Of a DNA stretch of 46,166 nucleotides, positions 18,556 to 28,065 are shown in pieces. Origin of the DNA: Oscillospiraceae bacterium (GTDB lineage Bacteria > Bacillota > Clostridia > Oscillospirales > Ruminococcaceae); assembly GCA_045634285.1 (NCBI GenBank), contig JAZQZW010000029.1, positions 1 through 46,166 on the forward strand, in the 5' to 3' direction. Numbering within the stretch: position 1 is the stretch's first letter; each line of letters starts with the position of its first letter. The position numbers and the translations under genes are program-made. The notes under the pieces are model-generated. The model made no database searches, was not told the origin of the DNA, and saw only the letters and a list, made by a program, of their open reading frames with translations.

Positions 18556-19935
18556 ATGATGCAGGAAAAAAACACAAATGAATATATATTATCCGTTTCG
18601 GATATTCTTATAAAAAAAGCAGATAAGCCTAAAGCTTTTGTAAGAAGCTTTGGTTGTCAGCTGAATTTCTCAGACGGTGAAAAAATCAAGGGTATGCTCA
18701 TTAAAATGGGATATGAAATGGCAGACAGCGAAGAAAGAGCTGATATTGTCATTTTCAATACCTGTGCCGTAAGAGAAAATGCTGAAGACAGGGTTTTCGG
18801 TAATTTGGGATTTTTAAAGCATTACAAGGAACAGAATCCCGATATGATTATCGGTTTGTGTGGTTGCATGGCAGCACTCCCGCATGTTGTAAAAAAGCTT
18901 GAAAACTCATATAAATTTGTGGATATTGTATTTTCACCGTCGGCACTTGACAAACTGCCGAAGCTCTTATATGACAAGCTTTGCGGTAGTAAGCATGCTT
19001 TTGACACTAACGAGTATAACATGTCATCAGAGGGACTTTATCAGGAACGTGACAGCAGGTTCAAGGCTTCCGTTCCAATTATGTTTGGTTGTAATAATTT
19101 CTGTACTTATTGTATAGTTCCGTATGTAAGAGGACGTGAAAGAAGCAGAAAACCTGAAAATATTATACAGGAAGTAGAAAATCTTGTAGCGGAAGGCTAC
19201 AAAGAAATTATGCTTTTAGGGCAGAATGTAAACTCCTACGGCAAAGACCTTGAGGAGAAAATCGATTTTCCTGAGCTTTTGCAGAGGATAAATGCCATAG
19301 AGGGTGATTTTGTAATACGCTTTATGTCCTCTCACCCGAAGGACGCAGGGAAAAAGCTTATTGATACTATCATAAATTGCGAAAAGGTAGGGAAGCATCT
19401 TCATCTTCCTGTACAGAGTGGCAGCGATGACATACTGGATAAAATGAACAGGCGTTATACTGTTGAAAAGTACATGGAAACAATAGACTATGCAAGAAGC
19501 TTTATTCCGGATTTTTCATTTACAACGGATATTATTGTGGGATTTCCGAATGAATCGGCTGAGGATTTTGAAAAGACCATAGAGCTTATAAAAAAGGTAA
19601 AGTATGATAATATTTATTCCTTTATCTACTCAAAGCGTTCGGGTACGAAGGCGGCTGAAATATATGACAAAATATCCGATGAAGAAAAGGGAGAGAGAAT
19701 GACAAGACTTCTTGCCGTTCAGAGAGAAATCTCAACCGAAAGCTATAAGCGTTTCATCGGAAGAACCATGAAGGTTCTGGTTGACGGAAAGTCAAAGAAA
19801 AACGGATTTTTAACAGGAAAAAGCGATGAATTTGTGATTGTGGAATTTGAAGGAGATCAATCACTTATGGGAAGCTTTGTGAATGTTAAGATAACAAATG
19901 CTAAAAATTGGGCTGTAACAGGCGTAATTGAATAA
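18556..19935 (+). CDS. miaB: tRNA-i6A37 methylthiotransferase MiaB
   Basis: FGCQLN, NTCAVRENAE, GCNNFCTYC radical-SAM motif, PYVRGRERS, C-terminal TRAM domain. Confidence 0.96.
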   Translation: MMQEKNTNEYILSVSDILIKKADKPKAFVRSFGCQLNFSDGEKIKGMLIKMGYEMADSEERADIVIFNTCAVRENAEDRVFGNLGFLKHYKEQNPDMIIGLCGCMAALPHVVKKLENSYKFVDIVFSPSALDKLPKLLYDKLCGSKHAFDTNEYNMSSEGLYQERDSRFKASVPIMFGCNNFCTYCIVPYVRGRERSRKPENIIQEVENLVAEGYKEIMLLGQNVNSYGKDLEEKIDFPELLQRINAIEGDFVIRFMSSHPKDAGKKLIDTIINCEKVGKHLHLPVQSGSDDILDKMNRRYTVEKYMETIDYARSFIPDFSFTTDIIVGFPNESAEDFEKTIELIKKVKYDNIYSFIYSKRSGTKAAEIYDKISDEEKGERMTRLLAVQREISTESYKRFIGRTMKVLVDGKSKKNGFLTGKSDEFVIVEFEGDQSLMGSFVNVKITNAKNWAVTGVIE

Positions 19936-19959
19936 ATTATTTAAAAGGAGATATTAAAA

Positions 19960-20367
19960 ATGGACGTTATTGAAAAGGCAAGAGAACTTGGAAAGCTTAT
20001 TCAGGCTGATGAAAGATATGCAGCATACCTTGCAGCCAAGGAAAAGAACGATAAGGACGAAGAACTTCAGAAGCTTATCAGTGAATTTACAGCAAAGAGA
20101 TATGAGCTCAACATGGAAATGTCAAAGGAAGACAAGGATTCAGAAAAGCTTAAAGAGCTTGATGGTGTTATCAAGAATCTCTACGGTGAAATCATGGTAA
20201 ATCCTAATATGGCTGAGTTTAATGCAGCTAAGAATGCTATGGACGGAATGCTTACAGAAATCAACAATGTAATCACAGCATCAGCCAATGGCGAAGACCC
20301 TGAAACATGTCCTTCAAAGCCAACAGGCTGTTCAGGAAGCTGTGCTTCATGTGGTGGTTGTCACTAA
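19960..20367 (+). CDS. YlbF/YmcA (RicA/RicF-like) family regulator with Cys-rich C-terminus
   Basis: Helical KARELGKLIQADERY N-terminus; same position as ymcA after miaB; tail CPSKPTGCSGSCASCGGCH. Confidence 0.85.
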   Translation: MDVIEKARELGKLIQADERYAAYLAAKEKNDKDEELQKLISEFTAKRYELNMEMSKEDKDSEKLKELDGVIKNLYGEIMVNPNMAEFNAAKNAMDGMLTEINNVITASANGEDPETCPSKPTGCSGSCASCGGCH

Positions 20368-20386
20368 ATTAATAGGTAAAACTTTT

Positions 20387-20413
20387 AAAGAGCAGGCATG
20401 TGTCTGCTCTTTT
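20387..20413 (+). terminator. Intrinsic terminator
   Basis: AAAGAGCAGGCA-TG-TGTCTGCTCTTTT. Confidence 0.8.
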
Positions 20414-20493
20414 GCAGACTTTTAAGGTAACATTGTATGAATAATGTATAGTGTTAATTTAAGAAACAGACGGATATTCGGAGGTCAACAAAA

Positions 20494-23097
20494 ATGGAAA
20501 TAAATAAATCGAAGCTGTCCCCGATGATGCAGCAGTATCTTGAAACAAAGGAAATGTATCCCGATACGATACTGTTTTTCCGTGTGGGTGACTTTTATGA
20601 AATGTTCTTTGATGACGCACTTGTGGTATCAAAGGCAATAGAGCTTACCCTTACCGGAAAGGAATGCGGACTTGAGGAAAAAGCACCTATGTGTGGTGTT
20701 CCGCATCACAGTGCCGATATATACATAAAAAAGCTTATAGATTTAGGCTTTAAGGTTGCTATATGCGAACAGGTGACCGATCCGTCTGAGTCAAAAGGTC
20801 TGGTACAGCGTGATGTTATACGAATTGTAACTCCGGGTACTCTTATTGAAAGCAGTATGCTCAGCGATGACAGCAATAACTATATCTGCTCTGCGTACTA
20901 TGATGAAAACAGCTGTGGAATGTGCTTTGCTGATATCTCAACAGGTGAGGTGCAGCTTTCTCATATTACAGAAAAAAATCCTGAAGCACAGGCAATTGAC
21001 CTGCTTTCAAGATTCAATCCTTCTGAAATTGTGTTTAACCCCGATTTTCTGTCACTTAAAACAGTCCTTGATTTTATAAAGGTAAGACTTGGCTGTGCTG
21101 TAACCCTCAGGGAATCAGAACGTTTCAGCATTGAAAGAGGACGTGAAGCAGTTTTAAGTCAGTTTACAGCATCTTCAATGGATATGCTGGGACTTTCTGA
21201 AAGTGGTGCAGACGTTTCGGCAGTATGCGGACTTTTTGACTATATTCACGAAACACAGAAATCACTTACAGGCAGATTTACAGCTATTGAACGTACCGAT
21301 GAATTATCGTCAATGACCCTTGACCTTACTGCAAGACGCAATCTTGAGCTTACAGAAACAATGCGCAACAAGGAGAAAAAAGGTTCACTTTTATGGGTGC
21401 TTGATTCAACAAAAACCTCTATGGGTAAAAGACTGCTTAAAAATTATATCGAACAGCCTCTTGCAAGTCCTGCAAGAATTATTGACAGACTTGAGGCTGT
21501 TGAGCAGTTTATGAAAAATCCCGTTGTGCTTGTGGAAACAGGTGAAATTCTTGACAGGGTGTATGACCTTGAAAGACTTATGACAAGGGTTATGTACAAA
21601 ACTGCTACTCCGAGGGATTTAAAGTCTCTTTCAGTTACTGCGTTGCAGCTCCCGCATTTAAAGGAACAGCTTTCAAAGCTTTCGGGTTCAAAGCTTATAG
21701 CTACCCTTGAAAGCAGTATTTCCACCCTTGATGAAATTTCTCAGCTTGTTGAAAATGCCATTATTGATGAGCCACCTGTAAATGTCAAGGACGGAAATGT
21801 AATTAAAGACGGTTTTAATGAGGAGCTTGACAATTTACGTTATACTATGAACCATGGTGAAAGTACCATTGAGGATATTCTGGAACGTGAAAGGGAAAAA
21901 ACAGGCATTAAAAATCTGAAAACAGGCTTTAACAGGATATTCGGTTATTATCTTGAGGTTACACGTTCATACTATGACCTTATCCCTGACCACTACATAA
22001 GAAAGCAGACCCTTGCAAACTGTGAAAGATTTATTACACAGGAACTGAAAAATGCAGAAAACAATATTTTAGGTGCAAAGGACAAGGCTCTTCGTCTTGA
22101 GGGTGAGATTTACAATGAAATAAGGGATTTCCTTGCAACTAAACTTGCAAGTGTTCAGCGTACGGCATCTGCTGTTGCGGCGGTTGATGTACTTGCTTCC
22201 TTTGCAGACGTTTCAATGAAGAACAATTATGTCCGTCCTGATATTGCCATTGACGGCGTTATTGATATACGTGACGGACGTCACCCTGTTGTTGAGCTTA
22301 TGCTGACAGATGAAATGTTTGTTCCGAATAATGTGTACCTTGATACCAATGCTTCGAGAATGTCTATTATTACAGGGCCTAACATGTCGGGTAAGTCAAC
22401 ATATATGCGACAGACGGCACTTATCACCCTTATGGCACAGATTGGCTGTTTTGTTCCTGCTTCCTACGCAAAAATTTCCGTAGTGGACAGAATTTTTACA
22501 AGAGTAGGTGCATCTGACGACCTTACAGCAGGACAGAGTACCTTTATGGTTGAAATGAGTGAGGTTGCCGATATCTTAAAATATGCCACAAAAAACAGTC
22601 TTGTAATACTTGATGAGGTGGGACGTGGTACATCTACCTTTGACGGTATAAGCATTGCAAGGGCTGTGGCTGAACATATATGCAGTGCAAAGGGCATGGG
22701 CTGTAAGACGCTTTTTGCCACACATTATCATGAGCTTATTGAACTTGAACAGCTTATGGAGGGTGTTAAGAATTACAGTATTGCCGTAAGAAAAAGCGGT
22801 GACGGAATACGATTCCTCAGAAAAATTGTCAAGGGCGGCGTTGACGAAAGCTATGGTATTGAGGTTGCAAAGCTTGCAGGACTTCCTAACAAGGTTGTAA
22901 AGAGAGCAAGGGAATTACTTGCGGATATGGAAAAGGAAAGCAAGGTTACAGTACAGCAGGCAGATGACGGACAGATAAGTTTTGATACTATAAGTCATGA
23001 TACTATTGCCGACAGACTTTGCAGAACCAATGTGGATGAACTGTCTGACAGTGAATGCAGAGAGTTTCTGAAAGAGCTTGTAAAACTGGCGGAGTGA
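20494..23097 (+). CDS. mutS: DNA mismatch repair protein MutS
   Basis: SPMMQQY, GDFYEMF, TGPNMSGKSTYMRQ, STFMVEM, DEVGRGTS, ATHYHEL, SYGIEVA. Confidence 0.98.
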   Translation: MEINKSKLSPMMQQYLETKEMYPDTILFFRVGDFYEMFFDDALVVSKAIELTLTGKECGLEEKAPMCGVPHHSADIYIKKLIDLGFKVAICEQVTDPSESKGLVQRDVIRIVTPGTLIESSMLSDDSNNYICSAYYDENSCGMCFADISTGEVQLSHITEKNPEAQAIDLLSRFNPSEIVFNPDFLSLKTVLDFIKVRLGCAVTLRESERFSIERGREAVLSQFTASSMDMLGLSESGADVSAVCGLFDYIHETQKSLTGRFTAIERTDELSSMTLDLTARRNLELTETMRNKEKKGSLLWVLDSTKTSMGKRLLKNYIEQPLASPARIIDRLEAVEQFMKNPVVLVETGEILDRVYDLERLMTRVMYKTATPRDLKSLSVTALQLPHLKEQLSKLSGSKLIATLESSISTLDEISQLVENAIIDEPPVNVKDGNVIKDGFNEELDNLRYTMNHGESTIEDILEREREKTGIKNLKTGFNRIFGYYLEVTRSYYDLIPDHYIRKQTLANCERFITQELKNAENNILGAKDKALRLEGEIYNEIRDFLATKLASVQRTASAVAAVDVLASFADVSMKNNYVRPDIAIDGVIDIRDGRHPVVELMLTDEMFVPNNVYLDTNASRMSIITGPNMSGKSTYMRQTALITLMAQIGCFVPASYAKISVVDRIFTRVGASDDLTAGQSTFMVEMSEVADILKYATKNSLVILDEVGRGTSTFDGISIARAVAEHICSAKGMGCKTLFATHYHELIELEQLMEGVKNYSIAVRKSGDGIRFLRKIVKGGVDESYGIEVAKLAGLPNKVVKRARELLADMEKESKVTVQQADDGQISFDTISHDTIADRLCRTNVDELSDSECREFLKELVKLAE

Positions 23098-23101
23098 TAA
23101 A

Positions 23102-23416
23102 ATGAAAAAAATATTGAAAAGAATACTAAGTGCAGTACATGGACTTTTGCAGGGAACATTGGGTACTTACTGGCTTTTAATGGGATATGCTTTTATGTTT
23201 CCTGAGTATGGTCCGGGTTCGCTGAGTTGGGAAGAAGATAAGTTCTTTATTCCTATTGGGATTTTTATGGTCTTAATATGGCTGGTTATTCTTATATTTA
23301 CTATTTATAAATACAGAAAAAGCAAGGCAGATATGATTACTTTTATAGTATCATCACTTGCTGGAACAGTGTTGCTTGTAATTTATATGATGAGTTTATT
23401 ACCACTTCGTGATTAA
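23102..23416 (+). CDS. Small hypothetical membrane protein (~3 TM helices)
   Basis: 104-aa ORF with a GGAG RBS overlapping the end of mutS; three hydrophobic stretches; AT-rich. Confidence 0.7.
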   Translation: MKKILKRILSAVHGLLQGTLGTYWLLMGYAFMFPEYGPGSLSWEEDKFFIPIGIFMVLIWLVILIFTIYKYRKSKADMITFIVSSLAGTVLLVIYMMSLLPLRD

Positions 23417-23529
23417 AGAAACAAATTAAGATAAAGTAAATTACGCGGAGTTTAGTTTGATTTGCAAGTTGATTAAATCGCGGCATAAAAGTTTTGCCAA
23501 GCTTTTTCAAAAGCGGGAAAGGAGAACCG

Positions 23530-25515
23530 ATGGCACAGATAAATTTACTGAGCAAGGATATTTCAGAGCTTATTGCGGCAGGTGAGGTTATTGAAAGACC
23601 TGCGTCGGTAATAAAGGAGCTGCTTGAAAATTCCATTGATGCAGAAGCAAAGCATATTACCGTTGAGATAAAAAACGGTGGTACTACATACATGAGAATT
23701 ACAGATGACGGCTGTGGTATTGCTCCGGAACAGGTGGCGACTGCCTTTCTGCGTCATGCCACAAGCAAGATTGCGTCAAAGGATGACCTTGACAATATTC
23801 TTACACTGGGATTCAGAGGTGAGGCACTTGCATCTGTCTGTGCTGTTGCAAAGGTGGAGCTTCTCACAAAGCAGAAAGGTGACGAGCTTGGCACAAACTA
23901 TATAATAGAAGGCGGAATTGAAAAGCTTAACGAAAGCACAGGCTGTCCTGACGGTACAACCATAATTATTCGTGACATCTTTTTCAATGTACCTGTAAGG
24001 CAGAAGTTTATGAAGCGTGATTCTGCCGAGGCAAATGCAATTATTTCGATAATGCAGAAGATTGTGCTGTCGCACCCTGACATCTCCTTTAAGCTGATAA
24101 AAGATAATAAAATTGAATTTGCGTCGGCAGGTGACGGACAGCTTTTAAGTGCGATTTACGGAATATACGGCAGTGATTTTGCCCATGACCTTATCCCTGT
24201 TGATTACAGCGAAAACGGGATTTCTGTTAAGGGATATGTCATGAAACCTCTTTACTCTAAAAATAACCGTTCATTTCAGAATTTCTTTATAAACGGCAGA
24301 TATGTAAAGTCGGTAACATGTGGTGCATCACTTGAAGAAGCGTATAAAAATCTTGTTATGCAGGGGAAATATCCTGCCTGTGTGCTTATGCTTGAAGTAC
24401 CTCCTGTTACGGTTGACGTCAATATTCATCCGGCAAAGGCAGAAGTCAGGTTTTCAGATGAAAAGGTGGTTTTCAACTGTGTTTACTTTGCTGTTAAAAA
24501 TGCACTTCTGTCATCGGGGCTGATTTATGAATTTGAGCTTAAAGAGGAAAGAAAAACAGAACAGTATTACAAACAGAAACCCTTTGAGCCTGAGGTTACT
24601 CAACAGCAGACAATAGAAATTGAAAAGGCGTCGGAAATCTTGACGGAAAAGGAAGAAAAGCCTGTTGAATACAAAGTTGCTGAAGTAAAAAATATTAATA
24701 ATAGTGTAATAAAGCCTGTTTCAATGTCTGAATATGCTGTTCCGAAAAAGAGCGAAAAGGATATAGTGAAGTTTTCCTCATCAAAAGTTCTTTACAATGA
24801 GGCTGTTAATATAATAGTAGCTCCCGAAGATGTGGAAGTGGAGGAAGATGAGCAGGAAGAAGAGTTTTCGGAATTTTCATATATAAGCAAAAAATCCTTT
24901 GAAAAAACAGCTGAAAAAGTTCCTGAACCCGAAATTAAAAAACAGGAAGAAATAACGGTTGTGGGTGAGATTTTCAAAAATTATATCCTTGCTCAGTCGG
25001 GAGATACAATGATTATGATTGACAAGCATGCCGCACACGAACGTGTGATTTTTGAAAAGCTTAAAGCAGAGTGTACGTCAAAGGACAGTCAGATGCTACT
25101 TTTAGAGCCTGAGATTTTGCTTTCTGAAAAGGAATGTAATGCGATTTCGGAGAATATACAGATTCTTGAGGATATGGGATTTAAGGTTGATACGTCAAAA
25201 TCTCCTTTTGTTAAAGTAAAGGCTGTACCGATTATTCTTGATGGGCTTGACCTTGAAGAAATAATTCCCGAAATAGCAGAAAATCTGTGCCTTAATAAAG
25301 TAAATCCTCAGACACATCAGCTTGATGATACACTTCACGATTTAGCATGTAAGGCAGCTATCAGGGCAAACGACAAAAATAGTATACAGGAACTCCAGGT
25401 ACTTGCAGAACAGGTGTTTTACAATGAGAAAATAAGGCATTGTCCTCATGGAAGACCTGTTATGTTTACTCTTACAAAGAGAGATATAGAAAAACAGTTT
25501 AAAAGGATTGTCTGA
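23530..25515 (+). CDS. mutL: DNA mismatch repair endonuclease MutL
   Basis: IAAGEVIERPASVIKELLENSIDA, HATSK, GFRGEALAS, DVNIHPAK, endonuclease motifs DKHAAHER, ACK and CPHGRP. Start ATG 23530 after AAGGAG. Confidence 0.98.
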   Translation: MAQINLLSKDISELIAAGEVIERPASVIKELLENSIDAEAKHITVEIKNGGTTYMRITDDGCGIAPEQVATAFLRHATSKIASKDDLDNILTLGFRGEALASVCAVAKVELLTKQKGDELGTNYIIEGGIEKLNESTGCPDGTTIIIRDIFFNVPVRQKFMKRDSAEANAIISIMQKIVLSHPDISFKLIKDNKIEFASAGDGQLLSAIYGIYGSDFAHDLIPVDYSENGISVKGYVMKPLYSKNNRSFQNFFINGRYVKSVTCGASLEEAYKNLVMQGKYPACVLMLEVPPVTVDVNIHPAKAEVRFSDEKVVFNCVYFAVKNALLSSGLIYEFELKEERKTEQYYKQKPFEPEVTQQQTIEIEKASEILTEKEEKPVEYKVAEVKNINNSVIKPVSMSEYAVPKKSEKDIVKFSSSKVLYNEAVNIIVAPEDVEVEEDEQEEEFSEFSYISKKSFEKTAEKVPEPEIKKQEEITVVGEIFKNYILAQSGDTMIMIDKHAAHERVIFEKLKAECTSKDSQMLLLEPEILLSEKECNAISENIQILEDMGFKVDTSKSPFVKVKAVPIILDGLDLEEIIPEIAENLCLNKVNPQTHQLDDTLHDLACKAAIRANDKNSIQELQVLAEQVFYNEKIRHCPHGRPVMFTLTKRDIEKQFKRIV

Positions 25516-25516
25516 A

Positions 25517-26458
25517 ATGGAAAAGATAAAAGTTGTAGTAGTGGCAGGGCCGACAGCTTCGGGCAAAACTGCACTTGGTGTTGAAATAGCCAAAGCTTAC
25601 AATGGAGAAGTGGTTTCTGCCGACTCAATGCAGATATACAAGGGGATGGATATTGCCACAGCAAAGCCAACAAAGGAAGAGATGCAGGGGATTCCACATC
25701 ATCTGATGGATTTTCTTGAACGTGACAGGGCTTTCAGCGTTGCGGACTATGTTGAACTTGCAGGTGAAAAAATACGTGATATTCACTCACGTGGAAAGCT
25801 TCCTGTTATAGTGGGAGGTACAGGGCTTTATATTTCGTCACTTATTGACAATATTCAGTTCCCTGACATAAAGTCAGACCCACAGGTGCGAAAAAGAATT
25901 GAAGATGAAATAAATGAAAAGGGCTGTGAGGCTGTTTTTGAACGACTGAAGGAATGTGACCCTGAAACAGCTGCTGAACTTCACCCTAACAATACTGTAA
26001 GAGTGATAAGGGCTCTTGAGGTTTTTGAAATTACAGGAAGAAAGCTCAGCGAATTTAAAGAAGAAAGCAGACTTGTACCGTCACCTTATGACGCAGTGAT
26101 TTTCGGATTGAATTATAATGATCGTCAGAAGCTTTATGACAGGATAAATCTTCGTGTTGATATCATGGTTGAAAACGGTCTTGTGGAGGAAGCGAGAGAG
26201 GTTTATGAGGTCGGTGAAATGAAAACTGCAGCCAATGCAATCGGTTTTAAGGAGCTTATTCCGTACTTTGAAAACAAGGCTGATTTGCAGGAGTGTACAG
26301 ACAAAATCAAGCAGGAAACACGCCGATATGCCAAGCGACAGCTCACTTGGTTTAGGAAAAATACAAAAATTCACTGGATAATGTTAGATGAATTTGACAA
26401 TAAAGATAAAATTTTGGTTTATTGCAAAAAAAATATAGCCAAGAGCCTTGGTTTATGA
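25517..26458 (+). CDS. miaA: tRNA dimethylallyltransferase
   Basis: GPTASGKT, DSMQIYKGMDIATAK, GGTGLY, RRYAKRQLTWF; canonical mutL-miaA-hfq order. Confidence 0.97.
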   Translation: MEKIKVVVVAGPTASGKTALGVEIAKAYNGEVVSADSMQIYKGMDIATAKPTKEEMQGIPHHLMDFLERDRAFSVADYVELAGEKIRDIHSRGKLPVIVGGTGLYISSLIDNIQFPDIKSDPQVRKRIEDEINEKGCEAVFERLKECDPETAAELHPNNTVRVIRALEVFEITGRKLSEFKEESRLVPSPYDAVIFGLNYNDRQKLYDRINLRVDIMVENGLVEEAREVYEVGEMKTAANAIGFKELIPYFENKADLQECTDKIKQETRRYAKRQLTWFRKNTKIHWIMLDEFDNKDKILVYCKKNIAKSLGL

Positions 26459-26464
26459 TATAAT
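26436..26464 (+). promoter_or_regulatory. Internal sigma-A promoter for hfq and downstream genes
   Basis: TAGCCA-17 nt-TATAAT with extended -10 TG, overlapping the miaA stop. Confidence 0.55.
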
Positions 26465-26564
26465 ATATAATGACTAATATAATAGCTATTTTTATATGTG
26501 TTACCGGACTATGTCCGAAAGAGAAAGAACAGAAAAAAGAACATGAAGAAAAAGGGGTGCAAGC

Positions 26565-26804
26565 ATGAACAAAATACTGAATTTACAGGACGTATTTTTA
26601 AACCAGGCAAGAAAAGACAGAATACCTGTTACTATCTACCTGACAAACGGCTTTCAGTTCAAGGGTATTGTAAAAGGCTTTGACAATTACGTAGTTATTC
26701 TTGACTGTGAAGGAAAACAGAATCTTGTTTACAAGCATGCTATTTCCACAATTATTCCGTCAAGATCAATTCCGATACTTGATTCTTCGGATAAAATCGA
26801 ATAA
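26565..26804 (+). CDS. hfq: RNA chaperone Hfq
   Basis: [39 protein letters not shown]. Confidence 0.97.
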   Translation: MNKILNLQDVFLNQARKDRIPVTIYLTNGFQFKGIVKGFDNYVVILDCEGKQNLVYKHAISTIIPSRSIPILDSSDKIE

Positions 26805-26814
26805 GGGGTATTGA

Positions 26815-28065
26815 ATGAAATCGGCTACTTCCAAATTCTTAAGCATATTGCTTCTTGTTTGTGTAGCGGCTTCTCTTATGAGTATTGTTTACAATATGAA
26901 AAGTGATGACTATAAAACCGAAACGGCTTTTTATGCTCAGGCGGATGATTCAATATCATTCAAGGCGGTTTATGTCAGAAATGAAGAAGTTCTCACTTAC
27001 GGCGGGGCAGGCGTGGTAAGCTACTCCGTACCTGACGGCGGCAAGCTTGGAAAAGGATCAGTTATTGCTGAGGTTTATGCTGACGAAAGCCAGATAGATA
27101 TCAAACAGCAGTTATCCGATTGTGACAATCAGATGGCACTTCTTGAGAAAATTCAGAATCCCGGAACTGTCGAATCGGCTCAGCCTGCCAATCTCTCAGA
27201 GCTTATAAATGAAAAATACAAAACAATAATAAATGCCAGAGAAAAGGGCAATATATCTGATATTTCGTCAGATAGTGATGAACTTGTGGTACTTCTGAGT
27301 ACATATCAGATTATCACAAATGAAGCTACAAATTTTAGCAAGCGACTTAATGATGTGAAAACTCAGGTTTCACAGCTTAAGTCAACAGAAATGATACCGC
27401 TTGATACTATAGTTTCTGATAGGGCTGCCTATTTTGTAAGTTTTGCTGATGGTTATGAGGATACTCTGTCAATGGATAAACTCAGCACAATAACACCGGA
27501 GCTTATCAATGGTGTTGAAGATGGAAAAACAACAGGTGACAGTAGGATTATAGGCAAGCTTATTGACGGCTATGAATGGTATGCTGTGGGTGTGATAGAT
27601 AATACGGACATTCAGTTTTCCATTGAAGACAGTGTAAAGCTGAAGTTTCGTTCCACATCTGAAACAATCAGCGGTACTATTACAGATATAAGAGATACCA
27701 AGACAGCAGGCAAAAGCATTGTTGTTGTAAAATGCAGCAATATTACATATGAGCTTGTTCAGCACAGAACAGAACAGGTTGAAATGATAAGAGGCGAGTA
27801 TGAAGGTATCAAGGTTCCGAGAAAGGCAATCAGATTCAAGGATGTTGAAGAAACGATTGTTGACGAGGAAACAGGAATCAAGACAAAGCAGGTTGTAAAC
27901 TGCAAAGGCGTATACGTAAAGCTTGGAGAGCAGATTAACTTCAAAAAGCTTGATGTTGTATATGAGGGTGATAATTTTGTGCTTTCTGCCATGAATGCAG
28001 GAAGCGACTATGTATCACTTTATGATGACATTGTAGTGGAAGGTGTTGATGAAAATGGCGTTTGA
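26815..28065 (+). CDS. Membrane-anchored HlyD/membrane-fusion-protein-like protein of unknown function
   Basis: N-terminal TM, barrel-sandwich-like half motif (GVVSYSVPDGGKLGKGSVIAEV), coiled-coil hairpin, second half (AAYFVSFADGYE), beta-rich C-terminus (GIKVPRKAI, GVYV, SLYDDIVV). Confidence 0.7.
   Translation: MKSATSKFLSILLLVCVAASLMSIVYNMKSDDYKTETAFYAQADDSISFKAVYVRNEEVLTYGGAGVVSYSVPDGGKLGKGSVIAEVYADESQIDIKQQLSDCDNQMALLEKIQNPGTVESAQPANLSELINEKYKTIINAREKGNISDISSDSDELVVLLSTYQIITNEATNFSKRLNDVKTQVSQLKSTEMIPLDTIVSDRAAYFVSFADGYEDTLSMDKLSTITPELINGVEDGKTTGDSRIIGKLIDGYEWYAVGVIDNTDIQFSIEDSVKLKFRSTSETISGTITDIRDTKTAGKSIVVVKCSNITYELVQHRTEQVEMIRGEYEGIKVPRKAIRFKDVEETIVDEETGIKTKQVVNCKGVYVKLGEQINFKKLDVVYEGDNFVLSAMNAGSDYVSLYDDIVVEGVDENGV

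Noticed and set aside
26498-26683. 61-aa lysine-rich ORF overlapping hfq
   Set aside because: Artifact of the purine-rich leader; out of frame with a clear hfq.
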